From contig OZ024742.1 of assembly GCA_964016885.1 (NCBI GenBank), positions 238,266,001 to 238,330,000 on the forward strand: 64,000 nucleotides of DNA, in the 5' to 3' direction. The DNA is from Eledone cirrhosa (lineage: Eukaryota). The position numbers were made by a program, and so were the translations under genes. Shown piece after piece: positions 39,916 to 53,204 of the stretch (within the stretch, counting starts at the first letter, position 1; each line of letters opens with the position of its first letter). The notes beneath the pieces were generated by a model. It saw nothing but the letters and a program-made list of their open reading frames with translations, was not told the origin of the DNA and searched no databases.

Positions 39916-40785
39916 GTCATATATAGAAACTGTAAAAGCCTAAGGAAGCAGAGGTAAGCCCGAGGGTTTAAGAAGTTTGCTTCGCAATCACGAGTCCCGG
40001 GTTCGATTCCACTACATGGCATCTTGGACAAATGTTATTTATCACAACCTTTATGAACGAACAACTGGGACAAGCAACATTGAAACTGTTGCAGGTTCAT
40101 TACACTGTGTTTATATATACGCTATATGTGCATAGATCTGGACTTGATCTTTGCTCTTTGAACTCTGCTGCTAGTGATCGAACTTTGTGGGAAGAGATAT
40201 CACATGTTGATGCGCAGTCTGCAACTGGCGGATTTTAGCGTCACAAGAGATATGTGCATAACTGTCGGTCATTTATGTTTGTGAACGTTTACTATGTCAG
40301 TTCACGATCAGAACAAACTGCTAAATGTATATAACTGCGTATTTGTTTGTAGCTTCAGCTTTTGTGGATACAATTATTATAAACATAACTGTAGTTATTT
40401 CAAAGATCCATATATATTGGATGTAACGACCTAATGATATATGATATATTTTGGCGCCTCACTTCACTTCGACGAATATAATGTTGGCAGTATATCTTGT
40501 CTTTTAAAGAAAATCAATGTTGATGTTTTATTTCTGCGGTTGGCCTCCGCCGATTCCGACAACGATTGTTCCAACTGTGGATCAATTTGCTCGTGAAGTT
40601 AACGTTCAAATGCCTGATGATTGCCACGGACGTAGTTCCCATGGAGATTCAATGCGACATACTGTGTGGAAAGGCTTGACCTTTGAATTACAGGTACGAC
40701 TCAATGCTAGGAATCGAACTCACGGACAAGAGCCGAACACCCTAATAACTAAGCGATGCTTAGTAATTACATTTTATTTCTAGAA

Positions 40786-42900
40786 CTAGCAGAGGCATGC
40801 TTCGTTGTTCGAGAATGAAAGTGTTCCTTATATATTAGAAGAAGAAACCAAAACAGAAATGTATTATTCTAAATTCCATTTATTCTTCAATTGAGGTACA
40901 TGATGAAATCAATTCTGAATTCACAATACAAAAAATAATAATAAATTAAAATAGAAAATGTATCACTTTTTTGAAGGGAGATAAATTCTATCACATATGT
41001 TGTGGGAAATTCAATCACATTCAATCACATTAGGTGTTAATATCTTCACAATCAACCTTGTCCTATTGCATAATTTAGGAAGATCTGAATTTCTTAGAAC
41101 CATTATTGGTACTTCAGCCTTCAGGAAAAGTTTATCTCGATGAGTTCCAGATGGCTCAAAAGAATTCTTTTGGGGAAATATGTTGGGTAACGGACAGCTT
41201 GATTTTCATCAAGGGACTACATAAATTGATTTGTACTCCTTAATTACTGTTGGAATCTTATTCATTAGCTAATGGTTAATCTTTGCTACTGTCTAATTTT
41301 TTGGAGCAAGAATTATCCTTTCACACAACTATTTGTGTGAATTATTACTTAAGTCTGGAAATACCCTGTTCTTCAATTCAGCTGGCAAATCCACTACGAT
41401 AGCAATATGAACTAAGCTGATATCACCATTCACATCAATTGGTACTATTCCATTTCCTAATTGAAGGAGTCGGGTTGAAAAGTGTTTTGTATATCTGTCC
41501 CTGTGTAATAAAGCTCGGTTTGTTAGTATTGAAGGAGAAATGTTGTGCTTTATTCCATATCTGCGAAGACTTAATGCATGATTTTATTTCATCAGCTCTT
41601 GTTTCTCTCGGAATGACTGGTAACGTCTGTCTAAAATCTCCTGATAAAACTAATGTAACTCCTCCCATAGATGTAGTGTTGCCTATTATGTCCTGTAAGG
41701 TCTTATCAGGATCTCCCATTGCTCCTCTGTGTGACATGGTGCATTCCTCCCAGATGACTAGGTGACATTGGCGCAAAAACTGCTGCTGAACCTGAGCCTT
41801 TGCTTGTTACAAATTGTTCTGTAATTTGTGACCAGGTTTACCGGTAATTTAAAAGCAGAATGAGCTCTTCGTCCTCCTGGGAGAAGGGAAGCAGCAACGC
41901 CAGACGACGCTACAGCAAGTGCAATTCTTTTTTGTTGCCTTACCAAAGACGGAAGAAATGTTGTTATACATGCTTTACCTGTGCCACCTGGAGCGTCAAG
42001 AAAGAAAATTCGTCTGACTGACGAAATTATTTCATATGCAAAGTGTTGTTCTGGAAGACGTTTAGACTCATGTTCATTCATAAATGCATCCAGCTTTGTA
42101 ATGTCATCATTTGTCTCTCTTGCAATCTCTCTCTAAGTTCACTAATTTGACGGTTTGTTTTTAGCAGGCCGAAACCAGACTCTTGCAATTTCTTGCCTCT
42201 CATTACCAAAATTGATCCTCAATTTCAATAAATGCTTGATTGAAATGTCTTCACAGAAGTGAATATTGATACCTGAGTTTGCCTGTTGAGCTGCATATTT
42301 TAAGTCCTCAGCCATGTCCTCTCGATGTTTCATCCAAAGCTGTAGGGAATGCCAATTTGAGGCATGTTCAGTATAATTGCAAAAAGGTTGCAGAGTTTCC
42401 TTAGAGAATCTCTACCACACATAGTGAGGGTTTCTCTTTTCCATTTCTTTCCTTTGCCAAAACTGCACTCTGTTGACATTTCTCCAATAGAAATCAATTT
42501 CTTCGTAGAATAATCATGTTGTGGATCATAGTTGAAAGCTGATCTTAACCAAGTCCCTTTGAAAGGTGCTACTTTTTTGTCAAACGTATTCAGCCTATCT
42601 TGATCAAGACGCTTACGTCTCTCTTCTGCGTGCAGCAGCTCTTTGCCGGTCGTTTTCATGTATTTGCTTTCGTTGCTCTGGTTACCTGTGTACTCATCTT
42701 TGCTGCACTGTATAATACTGTTCTTGGTTTGAATTAACTTTTGTAAGATCCTCACTAAAGTCATTTGTATTTTGTTCTATTTCCACTGCTCTCTCCTTTC
42801 CAGATTCTGCCTCCGTTTGTGCCTTGTTAGCAACGTTTGAAGTGCTTGCGGACAGTCAGAACTTTTTTCTCCTTGACATCATTTTTGAAATCTAAAATGG
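40786..42900 (-). pseudogene. Decayed Helitron relic (Pif1 helicase plus N-terminal part) with candidate CTAG 3' end
   Basis: FFLDAPGGTGK, ALAVASSGVAASLLPGGR.AHSAFKLP, IWEECTM, LSGDFRQTLPVIP, AFNYDP..DY...IGEM..EC. CTAG at 40786. Confidence 0.85.
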
Positions 42901-43435
42901 AGATTAAATGAGAAATGAGTGAAAGTTACGTGAATATCTTCACCAATTAGATTTAAATCAATAGTGAAACTTACGTCATTTATGATGTCATTGTAGACAG
43001 GATAGAATCGTTGGAACTGTGTGTTATGGTACTTATTAGAATCACCTCACTTTGATAACACCAAATAGCTCTGTGTTCTTTTGTGTTAAAGTGCGTTTGT
43101 GTCGTAATTAGTATCACCTAACTTTACTTAAATTACTAATACTCATGTAAAACGACTTTATAAAAGCTAACGCAATGTGGTTAAAATTCAACTGATATTT
43201 GATCCTAACAATATTGTGCTTTTATATTTTAAAAGTATTCTAGACTCTTGTGGAACACCAAAGAAGTATAACAGTAGGACACACATACATGTGCGCGTGT
43301 CTTCACTGACGCACACAGAAGCAAACATGCAGCGTCTCTCTTCATGAAAACTTTAGAAGTATAAATTAGCGTTGGTTTGTTTTGGAATTACAAAGTGTAA
43401 ATTTTCATGAGAGAACGAGAAGAGAGAAGGTGGTC

Positions 43436-43514
<79 letters not shown>

Positions 43515-43699
43515 AACACACGTATCTTCACTGACACACACATACATGTATACAGAAGCAAACATACAGCCTCTCTCTCTCTCTCTCTCTCTCTCTCTAT
43601 TTCTCCCGCTATCCCCTCTCACTTTGTACGGGTTCTTTTTTAATTTCTTCTACTCTGCTACAAACTTGTTCTCTCTGTCTCTTTCTCGTTCTGTGTTTC

Positions 43700-43754
<55 letters not shown>

Positions 43755-43955
43755 CAAAACTCACTTGGCCTTTCTATTACTTTCTCTCTCTTTTTCCCCA
43801 TCTCCGTCACTCATTGGCAATGTGAAACAGATATACAAATACACAGACATCTGCAAATATTATATAGATGTAAAGAGGGCGGTGGATTAGCGGTATTGGT
43901 AGAGGGTCTGACGCTATGCTTTGCAACAAAGAGTTATGGCCCTTTATGGCCATTA

Positions 43956-44593
43956 TCTACTTATAATATATAACCAGCAATTTCTCTGTCTGTCTGTCCG
44001 ACAGTGGAAATACGTGCGCGCGTGCGAATGTTTTTTGCGCACGCGTAGAGAGAGAGTGAGAGTGAAAGAAAGAGACAGACTACGAGAGGGGGATAGGGGA
44101 GGGAGAGAGGGAGAGAGAGAGAGTGAATAGACGCTAAAACACGTGCGCGCGTGCGAATGTTTTTTGCGCACGCGTAGAGAGAGAGTGAGAGTGAAAGAAA
44201 GAGACAGACTACGAGAGGGGGATAGGGGAGGGAGAGAGGGAGAGAGAGAGAGTGAATAGACGCTAAAACACGTGCGCGCGTGCGAATGTTTTTTTCAAGC
44301 ACGCGTAGAGAGAGAGTGAGAGTGAAAGAAAGAGACAGACTACAAGAGGGGGATAGCGGGAAGGGAGAGAAAGGGGAATTGAGGAGTGCTACAGAAACAT
44401 ATATACATTTCTGTGTGTGTGTAATATATATATATATACACACACAGAAATATATATATACACACAAAAATATATATACATTTCTGTGTGTGTAATATAT
44501 ATATATATACACACAGAAATATATATACATTTCTGTGTGTGTAATATATATATATACTAGCAGAAAACTACTCGTTGGGCGGTTTTCTGCTAA
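43956..44593 (+). mobile_element. Non-autonomous Helitron A with internal 3 x ~119 bp tandem repeat
   Basis: A|TCTACTTATAATATATAA..CTGTCTGTCTGTCC 5' end. 3' hairpin TAGCAGAAAAC..GTTTTCTGCTA ending in CTAA (CTRR). Repeats at 44007-44370. Confidence 0.65.
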
Positions 44594-45184
44594 TCTATAT
44601 ATATAAAACTGAGGATGTTTGTCTGTGTTGTGTGAGTTTGAATCCCTAAAACTAGAGAAGCACCCAACCGACTCTTTTCAAACTTTACACATATAATACT
44701 TGTGTTTCAGGAAGTGTTCTGAGCAAAGAAAATTTCAAATTTTCAATGCCCTAGGGACCGCATTAGACGAATTAGTGATCTCTCTCTATAATTCTTAGTC
44801 TTTCTCTTTTTAGATAGATACATACATATAACGTCGTGCCCTTATAATATCTGTCTGTATGTCTGGCTGTCTGCATTACGTCACTTCCTACAATTCGCTC
44901 TGCGTCCAGAACGCGCCCTTATAATATCTGTCTGTATGTCTGGCTGTCTGCTGTCTCCGGTTATTCTGCCACCCTTGCTCAAGACAAATCTCACACTCAT
45001 TCCCCAAGCAGTTGGTAAGTGCACACAACTTCTTCCTCACGTTTTAAGCCACAGTGCTGCTTACTTACGTATCACCAGACCCTTACTTCTTTGCCAGCCG
45101 TGGTTGTGGCAATACTAAGCTTAGCTAAGGCGGTTATATATTTCACAATACCTTATCCCGTGCAACGCCGGGTACCATTGCTAG
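44594..45184 (+). mobile_element. Non-autonomous Helitron B
   Basis: A|TCTATATATATAAAACTGAGG 5' end. 3' end TATCCCGTGCAACGCCGGGTACCATTGCTAG|T. Related to 32122-32704. Confidence 0.8.
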
Positions 45185-45197
45185 TATAGATATAAAG

Positions 45198-45389
45198 AGG
45201 GCGGTGGATTAGCAGTATCGGTAGAGGGTCTGACGCCATGCTTTGCAGCAAAGAGTTACGGCCCTTTGTGGTCTGAGTTCAAATCTCGCCGAGGTTAACT
45301 TTGCCTTTCATCCTTACGGGGTCGATAAAATATAGCACCAGTAATACACTGGGACAATTGCTGGCCTTGTGCCAAATGTAGAAACAATT
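45198..45389 (+). mobile_element. tRNA-derived SINE, family A
   Basis: Full consensus; tatagatataaa on both sides. Confidence 0.88.
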
Positions 45390-45548
45390 ATATAGATATA
45401 AATGGCTGAGTATTCCACAGATATTTAAACACAACGCAAATAAGATTAGATATTCTTATATATACACAAACATGTTGAATATATCATTTACATTCGAATC
45501 GTTATATACACCTTTATTTACATTGGAATTATTATCGTTGTTATAATA

Positions 45549-45723
45549 GAGGTAAAATTCCATTATAACGAATACCATTATAATGAATTTTTCAGTATAA
45601 CGAAATTTTTTTCAATCCCCGGCCACATGCCCGATGTGTTAGGTCGATCTCGTTATAAGGAAGTTTTCGTTACAACGAATTTTTTTTATACCACGTGAAT
45701 TTCGTTATAACGGAATTTCACTG
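45549..45723. mobile_element. Tc1/mariner (pogo/Tigger-type) MITE
   Basis: TIR-like ends gtaaaattccattataacg and cgttataacggaatttcactg|TA, with repeated internal CGTTATAACG motifs. Confidence 0.6.
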
Positions 45724-45861
45724 TATATTATATACATTCGTGTAAAAACTTGCTCTGAAAAAAAATGTTTTAATTGCATTTGTCGAAGACAAATTCAATG
45801 CGGCTGCGCTAATTACTTGGGGTAGTGTCACGGACGGACGGACGCGAAATCGATTTTATTA

Positions 45862-46248
45862 TTGGCAGTATCGGTAGAGGGTCGGACGCCATGCTTTCCA
45901 GCATAGTTATGTCCCTTTACGATCTGAGTTCAAATCCCGCCGAGGTTGACTTTGCCTTTCATCCTTACGGGGTCGATAAAATAAAGTACCAGTAATGCAC
46001 TGGGTAATTGCTGGCCTTGTGCCTAAAGTAGAAACAATTATTAATGATGATGAAGGGTGGTGGATTGGCAGTATCCGTAGAGGGTCAGACACCATGCTTT
46101 GCAGCATAGAGTTACGGCACTTTACGGTCTGAGTTCAAATCCTGCCGAGGTTAACTTTGCCTTTCATCCTTACGGGGTCGATAAAATAAAGTACCAGTAA
46201 TGTACTGAGGTCGATTTAATTGACTTTCCCCTCTCCCAAAATTGCTGG
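45862..46248 (+). mobile_element. Two tandem family A SINEs
   Basis: Consensus copies at 45862-46042 and 46056-46248. Confidence 0.88.
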
Positions 46249-46279
46249 TAGATATCATTATTAAAGTTGACGTCATTCA

Positions 46280-46832
46280 TATGTATGTATACATGTATGA
46301 ATGTATGCATGTATGTATGAATACGTGAATGTATGTACGTATGTACGTATGTACGTATGTATGTATGCATATATGTATGTGTGTATGTATGTATACATGT
46401 ATGAATGTATGCATGTATGTATGAATACGTGAATGTATGTACGTATGTACATATGTATGTATGCATGTATGCATATATGTATGTGTGTATGTATGTATGG
46501 ATGTATGTATGTATGGATGTCTGTACGTATGTGTGTATGTATGTATGTATCTGTGTATGTATGTATGGATGTATGGATGTATGGATGTCTGTACGTATGT
46601 ATGTATGTATGTATGCATGTATGCATATATGTATGTATGTATGTATGTATGTATAGATGTATGTATGTATGGATGTATGGATGTATGGATGTCTGTACGT
46701 ATGTATGTATGTATGTATGCATGTATGCATATATGGATGTATGTGTGTATGTATGGATGTATGGATGTATGGATGTATGGATGTCTGTACGTATGTGTGT
46801 ATGTATGTATGTATCTGTGTATGCATGTATGT
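46280..46832. repeat. Complex (TATG)n/(GGATGTAT)n microsatellite
   Basis: Directly visible. Confidence 0.95.
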
Positions 46833-47050
46833 AAGGATAAATGTCTAAATTTTCATTGTTGTGTTTTCTACAATATAATTTATGCAGTTCTTCGGATTTA
46901 CTTACATGAACGTTTATTCTTAAATAGTTTTTCTATAGTGTAGCAGCGATGAGAATATTCGTCTTATTTTGCTGATTATGAAATTACATTGTAATTGAAA
47001 TGTTACAGGCATAACTCATCCTTTAATTAGATATTTACCCTTGTGATTGG

Positions 47051-47081
<31 letters not shown>

Positions 47082-47091
47082 GTGTGTGTGT

Positions 47092-47495
47092 GAAGGCACA
47101 TGGCTAAATGGTTAGGTTGTTTGGCTCTCGCAATCGTAATATCCCCAGTTCGATTTCCGTTGGCGCGTTGTCTCCTTGAGCAAGATACTTTACGTTGCTT
47201 CAGTCTGCTCAGTTGGCAAATTTGAAGTGTGCCCGTAATTCAAAGTACAAGCAGGTACGACGAGGAAAAAGCCTCCAGTCCACCCTGTTAGATTATCGTT
47301 TTGATGCCACGATAAAAAGCACCCAGTAGACGCTATAATCTCATTGACGTTAGAAAGAGCATCCAGCCTGAGAAACCAAGCCAGGAACAGTTCCGTATGA
47401 GCAACGAGACGGTCACCTGACATAACGTGTCTCGCAACGTGACAACCCGTCTAACCCATGCAAATTTAGTAAGTAAAAATTAAACAGTGATAATG
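47092..47495 (+). mobile_element. Family B SINE with RTE-like 3' tail
   Basis: A and B boxes and CCTTGAGCAAG core. Tail gttagaaagagcatccagc..aacccatgcaa matches the LINE 3' UTR at 52280-52410. Confidence 0.7.
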
Positions 47496-47739
47496 AGGAA
47501 ATATTTTTTTTTTCTGCACAATGCAGTTTTAATAACTGTTATTGGGAAGAATATTGCAGAGAAATGGAATCCCTCCAGGAGATAGATACATCTTTACCAA
47601 AACACAGTCACTGTACTCACTATTAACTATTATGTGTGAACTCTGAACATAGAGATGCAGTTTCACTACTGCAGACTTATTAATTCATTGAGTGATGGCC
47701 GGAGATCGTTGAAATAACAACAGTGACTTTCGTAAATTT

Positions 47740-47786
<47 letters not shown>

Positions 47787-47790
<4 letters not shown>

Positions 47791-47842
47791 GTAAGTATGT
47801 ATGTATACGTACATACATATATGTATACAGACGTACAGTAGC

Positions 47843-47892
<50 letters not shown>

Positions 47893-48242
47893 GCACACAT
47901 ATATACATGTACGTATCAGTTTAGCGAACGTTTATTATAACGTTCGCTTTGTTCGTTTGTAAACAAACGGACAGCCTGATTTTATGCCGTTAATTTTCAT
48001 AAGGAAAGTATATACTTTCGAACGTTCAACCATCTGGCAGAAAGGTATACGGTGCTGACGATAGCTAACAAGCTTGAAACTAGTACATCGTTCCTGTGTC
48101 AGTGTTGAACAAAAAGGTGACGTGGTTGCCTTAACACCGTACGGCATAAATCAGGCTGTCCGTTTGTTTACAAATGAACAAAGCGAACGTTATAATAAAC
48201 GTTCGCTAAACTGATACGTATATATATATATATGTGCGCCTG

Positions 48243-48323
<81 letters not shown>

Positions 48324-48431
48324 GCTACTGTACGTCTGTATACATATATGTATGTACGTATACATACATACTTACATTTAAGTAAGTGCCGTACTAAGAG
48401 TGAGAAATGAAATTTCGTTTCATTCTATTCC

Positions 48432-48436
<5 letters not shown>
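47787..48436. mobile_element. Foldback MITE with >200 bp TIRs containing (TA)n
   Basis: 47787-47990 is the reverse complement of 48140-48380, with a ~150 bp spacer. (TA)n on both flanks. Confidence 0.85.
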
Positions 48437-48494
<58 letters not shown>

Positions 48495-48661
48495 GAAAGT
48501 GAACAACACAAAATATAACTACTCCATTACCAAATGTTTCTGGATCACAGGCCTGTGATCCAGAAACCTTTATGGAGTAGTTATATTTTGTGTTGTTCAC
48601 TTTCTAATTAAATACCTTTGTTCTATACATAGAGTACTCTTTTTTCCTTTGCTTTCCTTTG

Positions 48662-48747
<86 letters not shown>

Positions 48748-48749
<2 letters not shown>

Positions 48750-51700
48750 TATACTATCGTTTACCTGGTCGCCTTCGATATGTAGGATGGAAGGACTACG
48801 GAGTTCCGGAGAGTTGAAGAGAGAAAAATCTGGACGCTCAGCGACAATGCCAAAGTTAAAGACAAACACACCTCGTGGACGAGAATGCGAGCATGCCTCT
48901 TTGTTTCGGCCGCGGATGGCTAACATAACCCCATCTCCCCCCCCCCCCCCGCTCCCCACCTTTCCCACCCCCCAAACGCAATCCAAAACTTCAGATTTGG
49001 TACCTTGAATGTAGGCACCTTAAAGGGTCGCTCTAACGAGGTTGTAGAAATGCTTGAACGTAAGGAGGTCGATGTTTGTTGTATTCAAGAGACCAGGTGG
49101 AGGGGTGGATCTGCTAGATTCATTGTGGGTAGAAAACGATGCTATAAGCTTTTCTGGGTGGGAAACGACAATGGGCTGGGTGGAGTAGGAATCATGGTAG
49201 CAGAAAAGTGGGCAGATAAGATAATAGACGTAAATAGAGTGAACGACAGAATAATTAAAATAAGACTTGTCCTCAATAGAACTACGGTGACAGTAATATC
49301 CGCGTACGCACCCCAATCCGGACTGCCCAGTACTATAAAAGACAGATTCTATGAGACACTGTTGCTAACTACCTCCCAAATAACCGACAGTGACTATATG
49401 ATTATTGCAGGCGACCTAAACGGTCACGTTGGACAAGATTGTGACGGCTACGACGAAATCCATGGAGGCTATGGGTTTGGTACTAGAAATGAGGAAGGCT
49501 CCAGAATCCTGGAATTCTGCGACGCAAATAACCTAACTATCTGCAACACTAACTTCAAAAAACGAGACAATCACTTGATCACCTACAGATCAGGGGAACA
49601 TACCAGCCAGGTAGATTATATCCTTACCAGAAGACGTGACAAAGTGACTGTCGTAAACACTAAATCTCTCCCCCATGAAGAATGCACCTCCCAACATAGA
49701 CTGATAATTAGCGACCTAATAGTCAGGACGAGACGTACTAGACAACAGAAGAGGACTATCCTCAGGAGAAAAATATGGAAGCTAAAGGACCCCACAGCCA
49801 AAAATAAATTCCAAAGCATATTACTTGATGCTTTCGACAGTAAGGAAGAGCAATTAGAGACGTACAAGGTAGAGGAACAGTGGGAATTCCTGAAAGCAAA
49901 CCTGCTGACGGCGGCAGACGAAGTCTGTGGCTGGAGCAGGCCTGTAGGCAGGAGGAGAGTAACATGGTGGTGGAACAGTAAGGTGGAGGGGTCAATTAAG
50001 GCCAAAAAGCAGGCTTGGAAAGTATGGCGGGATGGGGGAAGCAGAGAAGACTGTTAAGTGGCCAGGAGGGAAGCTAGGAGACAAGTGTACTTCGCAAGAA
50101 GGGAAGCAGAGGAAAGAAAGTTCAAGCATGTTCTACAACGTGAGGACCAAAAACGTGAGGTGTTCATGATTGCTAGGCAATGTGTCAAGGAAAACAGTGA
50201 TATTGTCGGGGAGAAGTGTGTACTTAACGATGACGGCGTACTTGCCATCACCGACGCCGATAAGAAGGTAGCTTGGAAGTGTCACTATGAAAGGCTACTA
50301 AATGAGGAGAATAAATGGGAGAAAGACAGTCTCCCCCACATCGACCCAATAGAGGGACCAGCAGTGTTAGTCGAGGGTAGTATAATAAGTAAGGCAATCA
50401 AAGATATGAAGACAGGCAAGGCGGCTGGGCCTTCGGAAATAGTTGCCGAGATGCTGAAGGCATCTGATACGGTGGGACACACCATGGTCACCCGGATAGT
50501 CAACCAAGTCATACAGAATGGGGTTGTTCCGAAGGACTGGCGTAGCAGCATCATCGTTAACTGTTATAAGGGTAAAGGAGATGCCCTAGATAGGAGTAAC
50601 TATAGAGGCATTAAATTAATCGACCAGGTCATGAAGGTCACGGAAAAAGTAATAGCGCAACTAATCAGAGAGCGAATTGATCTAGATGAAATGCAGTTCG
50701 GGTTTGTGTCAGGAAAAAGTACCACAGATGCTCTTTTCATTGTACGACAACTACAGGAGAAGTACCTAGCTAAAAGTAAACCCCTATACTTAGCTTTCGT
50801 CGACTTGGAGAAGGCCTTCGACAGAGTCCCCCGTTCCATTATCTGGTGGGCTCTTAGAAAACTAGGTGTTGATGAATGGCTTGTGAGCTATACAAGCCAT
50901 GTATAAAGAAACAGTCAGCAAGGTTAGAATTAACAACGAATATAGTGAAGAGTTTAGTGTAAAAGTTGGTGTTCATCAGGGCTCTGTTCTTAGCCCCCTA
51001 CTATTTATTATCGCCCTCCAGGCTATAACAGTGGAGTTCAAGACCGGCTGCCCATGGGAACTCCTATACGCAGATGATCTAACGCTCATAGCTGAATCAA
51101 TGGCCGAGCTAGAGAAGAAATTCCAAACATGGAAGCACGGCCTAGAATCAAAAGGCCTTAAAATTAACCTGGCTAAGACTAAAGTTCTAGTTTGTAAGAA
51201 AGAAAATAAGGCGGCGGTCCCCTCCGGGAAGTGGCCATGCTCAGAGTGTAGGAAAGGCGTAGGTAGAAATTCCATTTTGTGTCCCAAATGCAAAGTTTGG
51301 GTGCATAAAAGATGTAGTGGGATCACAGGTAAGCTAACTAAGAACATAGATTTTACATGTGGCCGGTGTTCTGGGGCAATAAGTAGCAGCAAGTGCCCAC
51401 AAAATACTAGCTCTTTCAACTGCGCAGAGGGTTCTATAGAAATAGTGGACAGCTTCCGTTACCTGGGTGATAAAATCAGCAGTGGGGGAGGGTTCTCTGA
51501 AAGTACAGTAGCTAGAGTCAGAACTGGGTGGAAAAAGTTCAGAGAGCTTATACCACTATTAGCCGCTAAAGGGTTCTCCCTAAAAATGAAAGGCAGGTTG
51601 TACGATGCCTGCATACGAACAGCAATGTTGCATGGCAGTGAGACCTGGGCATTGTGTGCAGAGGATATACGCAGACTAGAGAGAAACGAAGCTTGCATGC

Positions 51701-52432
51701 TCCGCTGGATGTGTAATAGTAATATACGTGAACGACAAAGCATAAACGAACTAAGGAAAAAATTAGAAATAAGAGGGATCAGATGTTGTTTACTAGAGAG
51801 AAGGCTACGTTGGTATGGTCACGTGATGCGCATGAAGGACGATAGCTGTATAACAAAGTGCAGGGCAATAAAGATAGACGGTAGCCACGGAATAGGCAGA
51901 CCCAGAAAAACCTGGGACGAGCTGATAAACTCCGACCTCACACACTTACACCTCACCAAGACAATGTCACTGGACCGAGACCTTTGGCGGTACTCAGTAA
52001 TAGAGAAGACCCGCCTTACCTAAATACAAAGTAAAACCTACTACAGTCAGTAGGCATCTCTAACAAAATACACCCCCGTCCCACACACACACCCACCCCC
52101 ACCCCCACCCCATCCACACCGCCCCCTTCTATGTAAAGTTATGTTGGTGCCACACCATCCAGGCCGAAACAAATGAGATCGTGTAGGTGTCACGACAAAA
52201 AAACACACAGTCCACGCTGTAATGTGGCCGTGTAGGCAACACGGTAAAAACCTCCCAGACCCACACTGTAAATGTGGTTGGTGTTAGGAAGGGCATCCAA
52301 CTGTAGAAAACCTGCCAGACAGTCCTATGCGAGCAAGACAATCACTCTTGCCTCAAGTGGGACTACCCCCTTCCAAACCCATGCAAGCGTGGAACACGGA
52401 CGTTAAACGTTGATGATGATGATGATGATGAT
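48748..52432 (+). mobile_element. Near full-length RTE-clade LINE inserted in (TA)n
   Basis: APE endonuclease, RT, 3' UTR and (GAT)n tail, with (TA)n on both flanks. Confidence 0.92.
48787..52023 (+). pseudogene. RTE ORF (APE endonuclease + RT with embedded PHD finger) with about three lesions
   Basis: TLNVGTL, CIQETRW, SAYAPQ, GDLNGHVG, SQVDYIL, QHRL; NYRGIKL, QFGF, FVDLEKAFDRVP, GVHQGSVLSPLLF, YADD, FRYLG, RLRWYGHV, GRPRKTW. Lesions: probable frameshift in the poly-C near 48940, TAA at 50055, frameshift near 50890. Confidence 0.92.
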
Positions 52433-52735
52433 ATATATATATATATAATATGGCAAAGCCGACCATTAATCGCTCGTATACATGAAACTGACTGGACTAT
52501 CTGCTGATATGCAAATCTGGCTGATCAGTGGGTCTGCTAATATACAGATCTGACTGTTCAGCAGGTAAGCAGTAAACTGCACTGATGAAGGGTAATCATC
52601 CAGAAACATTAGTGTCTGCAGTTTTGTTTGCATGTCAACACAAGAGCGCGAAAGGGGGGGGCTCATTCTACTGACATGGCTTATAAAAGAGGCTGTTTGC
52701 ATAATTGCAAATGAATCGAATATTATTATTAATAT

Positions 52736-52910
52736 TGGCAGTACCGGTATAGAGCCGGACGCCATGCTTTCCAGCATAGTAAACGTCCCTTTACGGTCTG
52801 AGTTCAAATATCGCCGAGGTTCACTTTGCCTTTACGGTGTCTATAAAATAAAGTACCAGTAATCTACTGGGTAATTTGTGGCCTTGAGCCAAAAGTAGAA
52901 ACAATTATTA
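52736..52910 (+). mobile_element. tRNA-derived SINE, family A
   Basis: Consensus match. Confidence 0.85.
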
Positions 52911-52926
52911 ATGTTCGAATACATTT

Positions 52927-52990
<64 letters not shown>

Positions 52991-53204
52991 TATATACTAA
53001 CAGCATGCAGTAGTCTGAAACAAATGACAATTAATGTTAAAAAGAAACGTTTTGAGAATCTAAAACTGGGAAAGCAACTAAACAACTTTTTGTACATGCT
53101 ATAAGGTCCCCTCTTTTTTATGTATATACAAGATGCGTTTTCTTTTATCATGTTTTATTTTTTTCCTTATATAATGTGATCTGTTTTCACTATATAGATA
53201 TATA

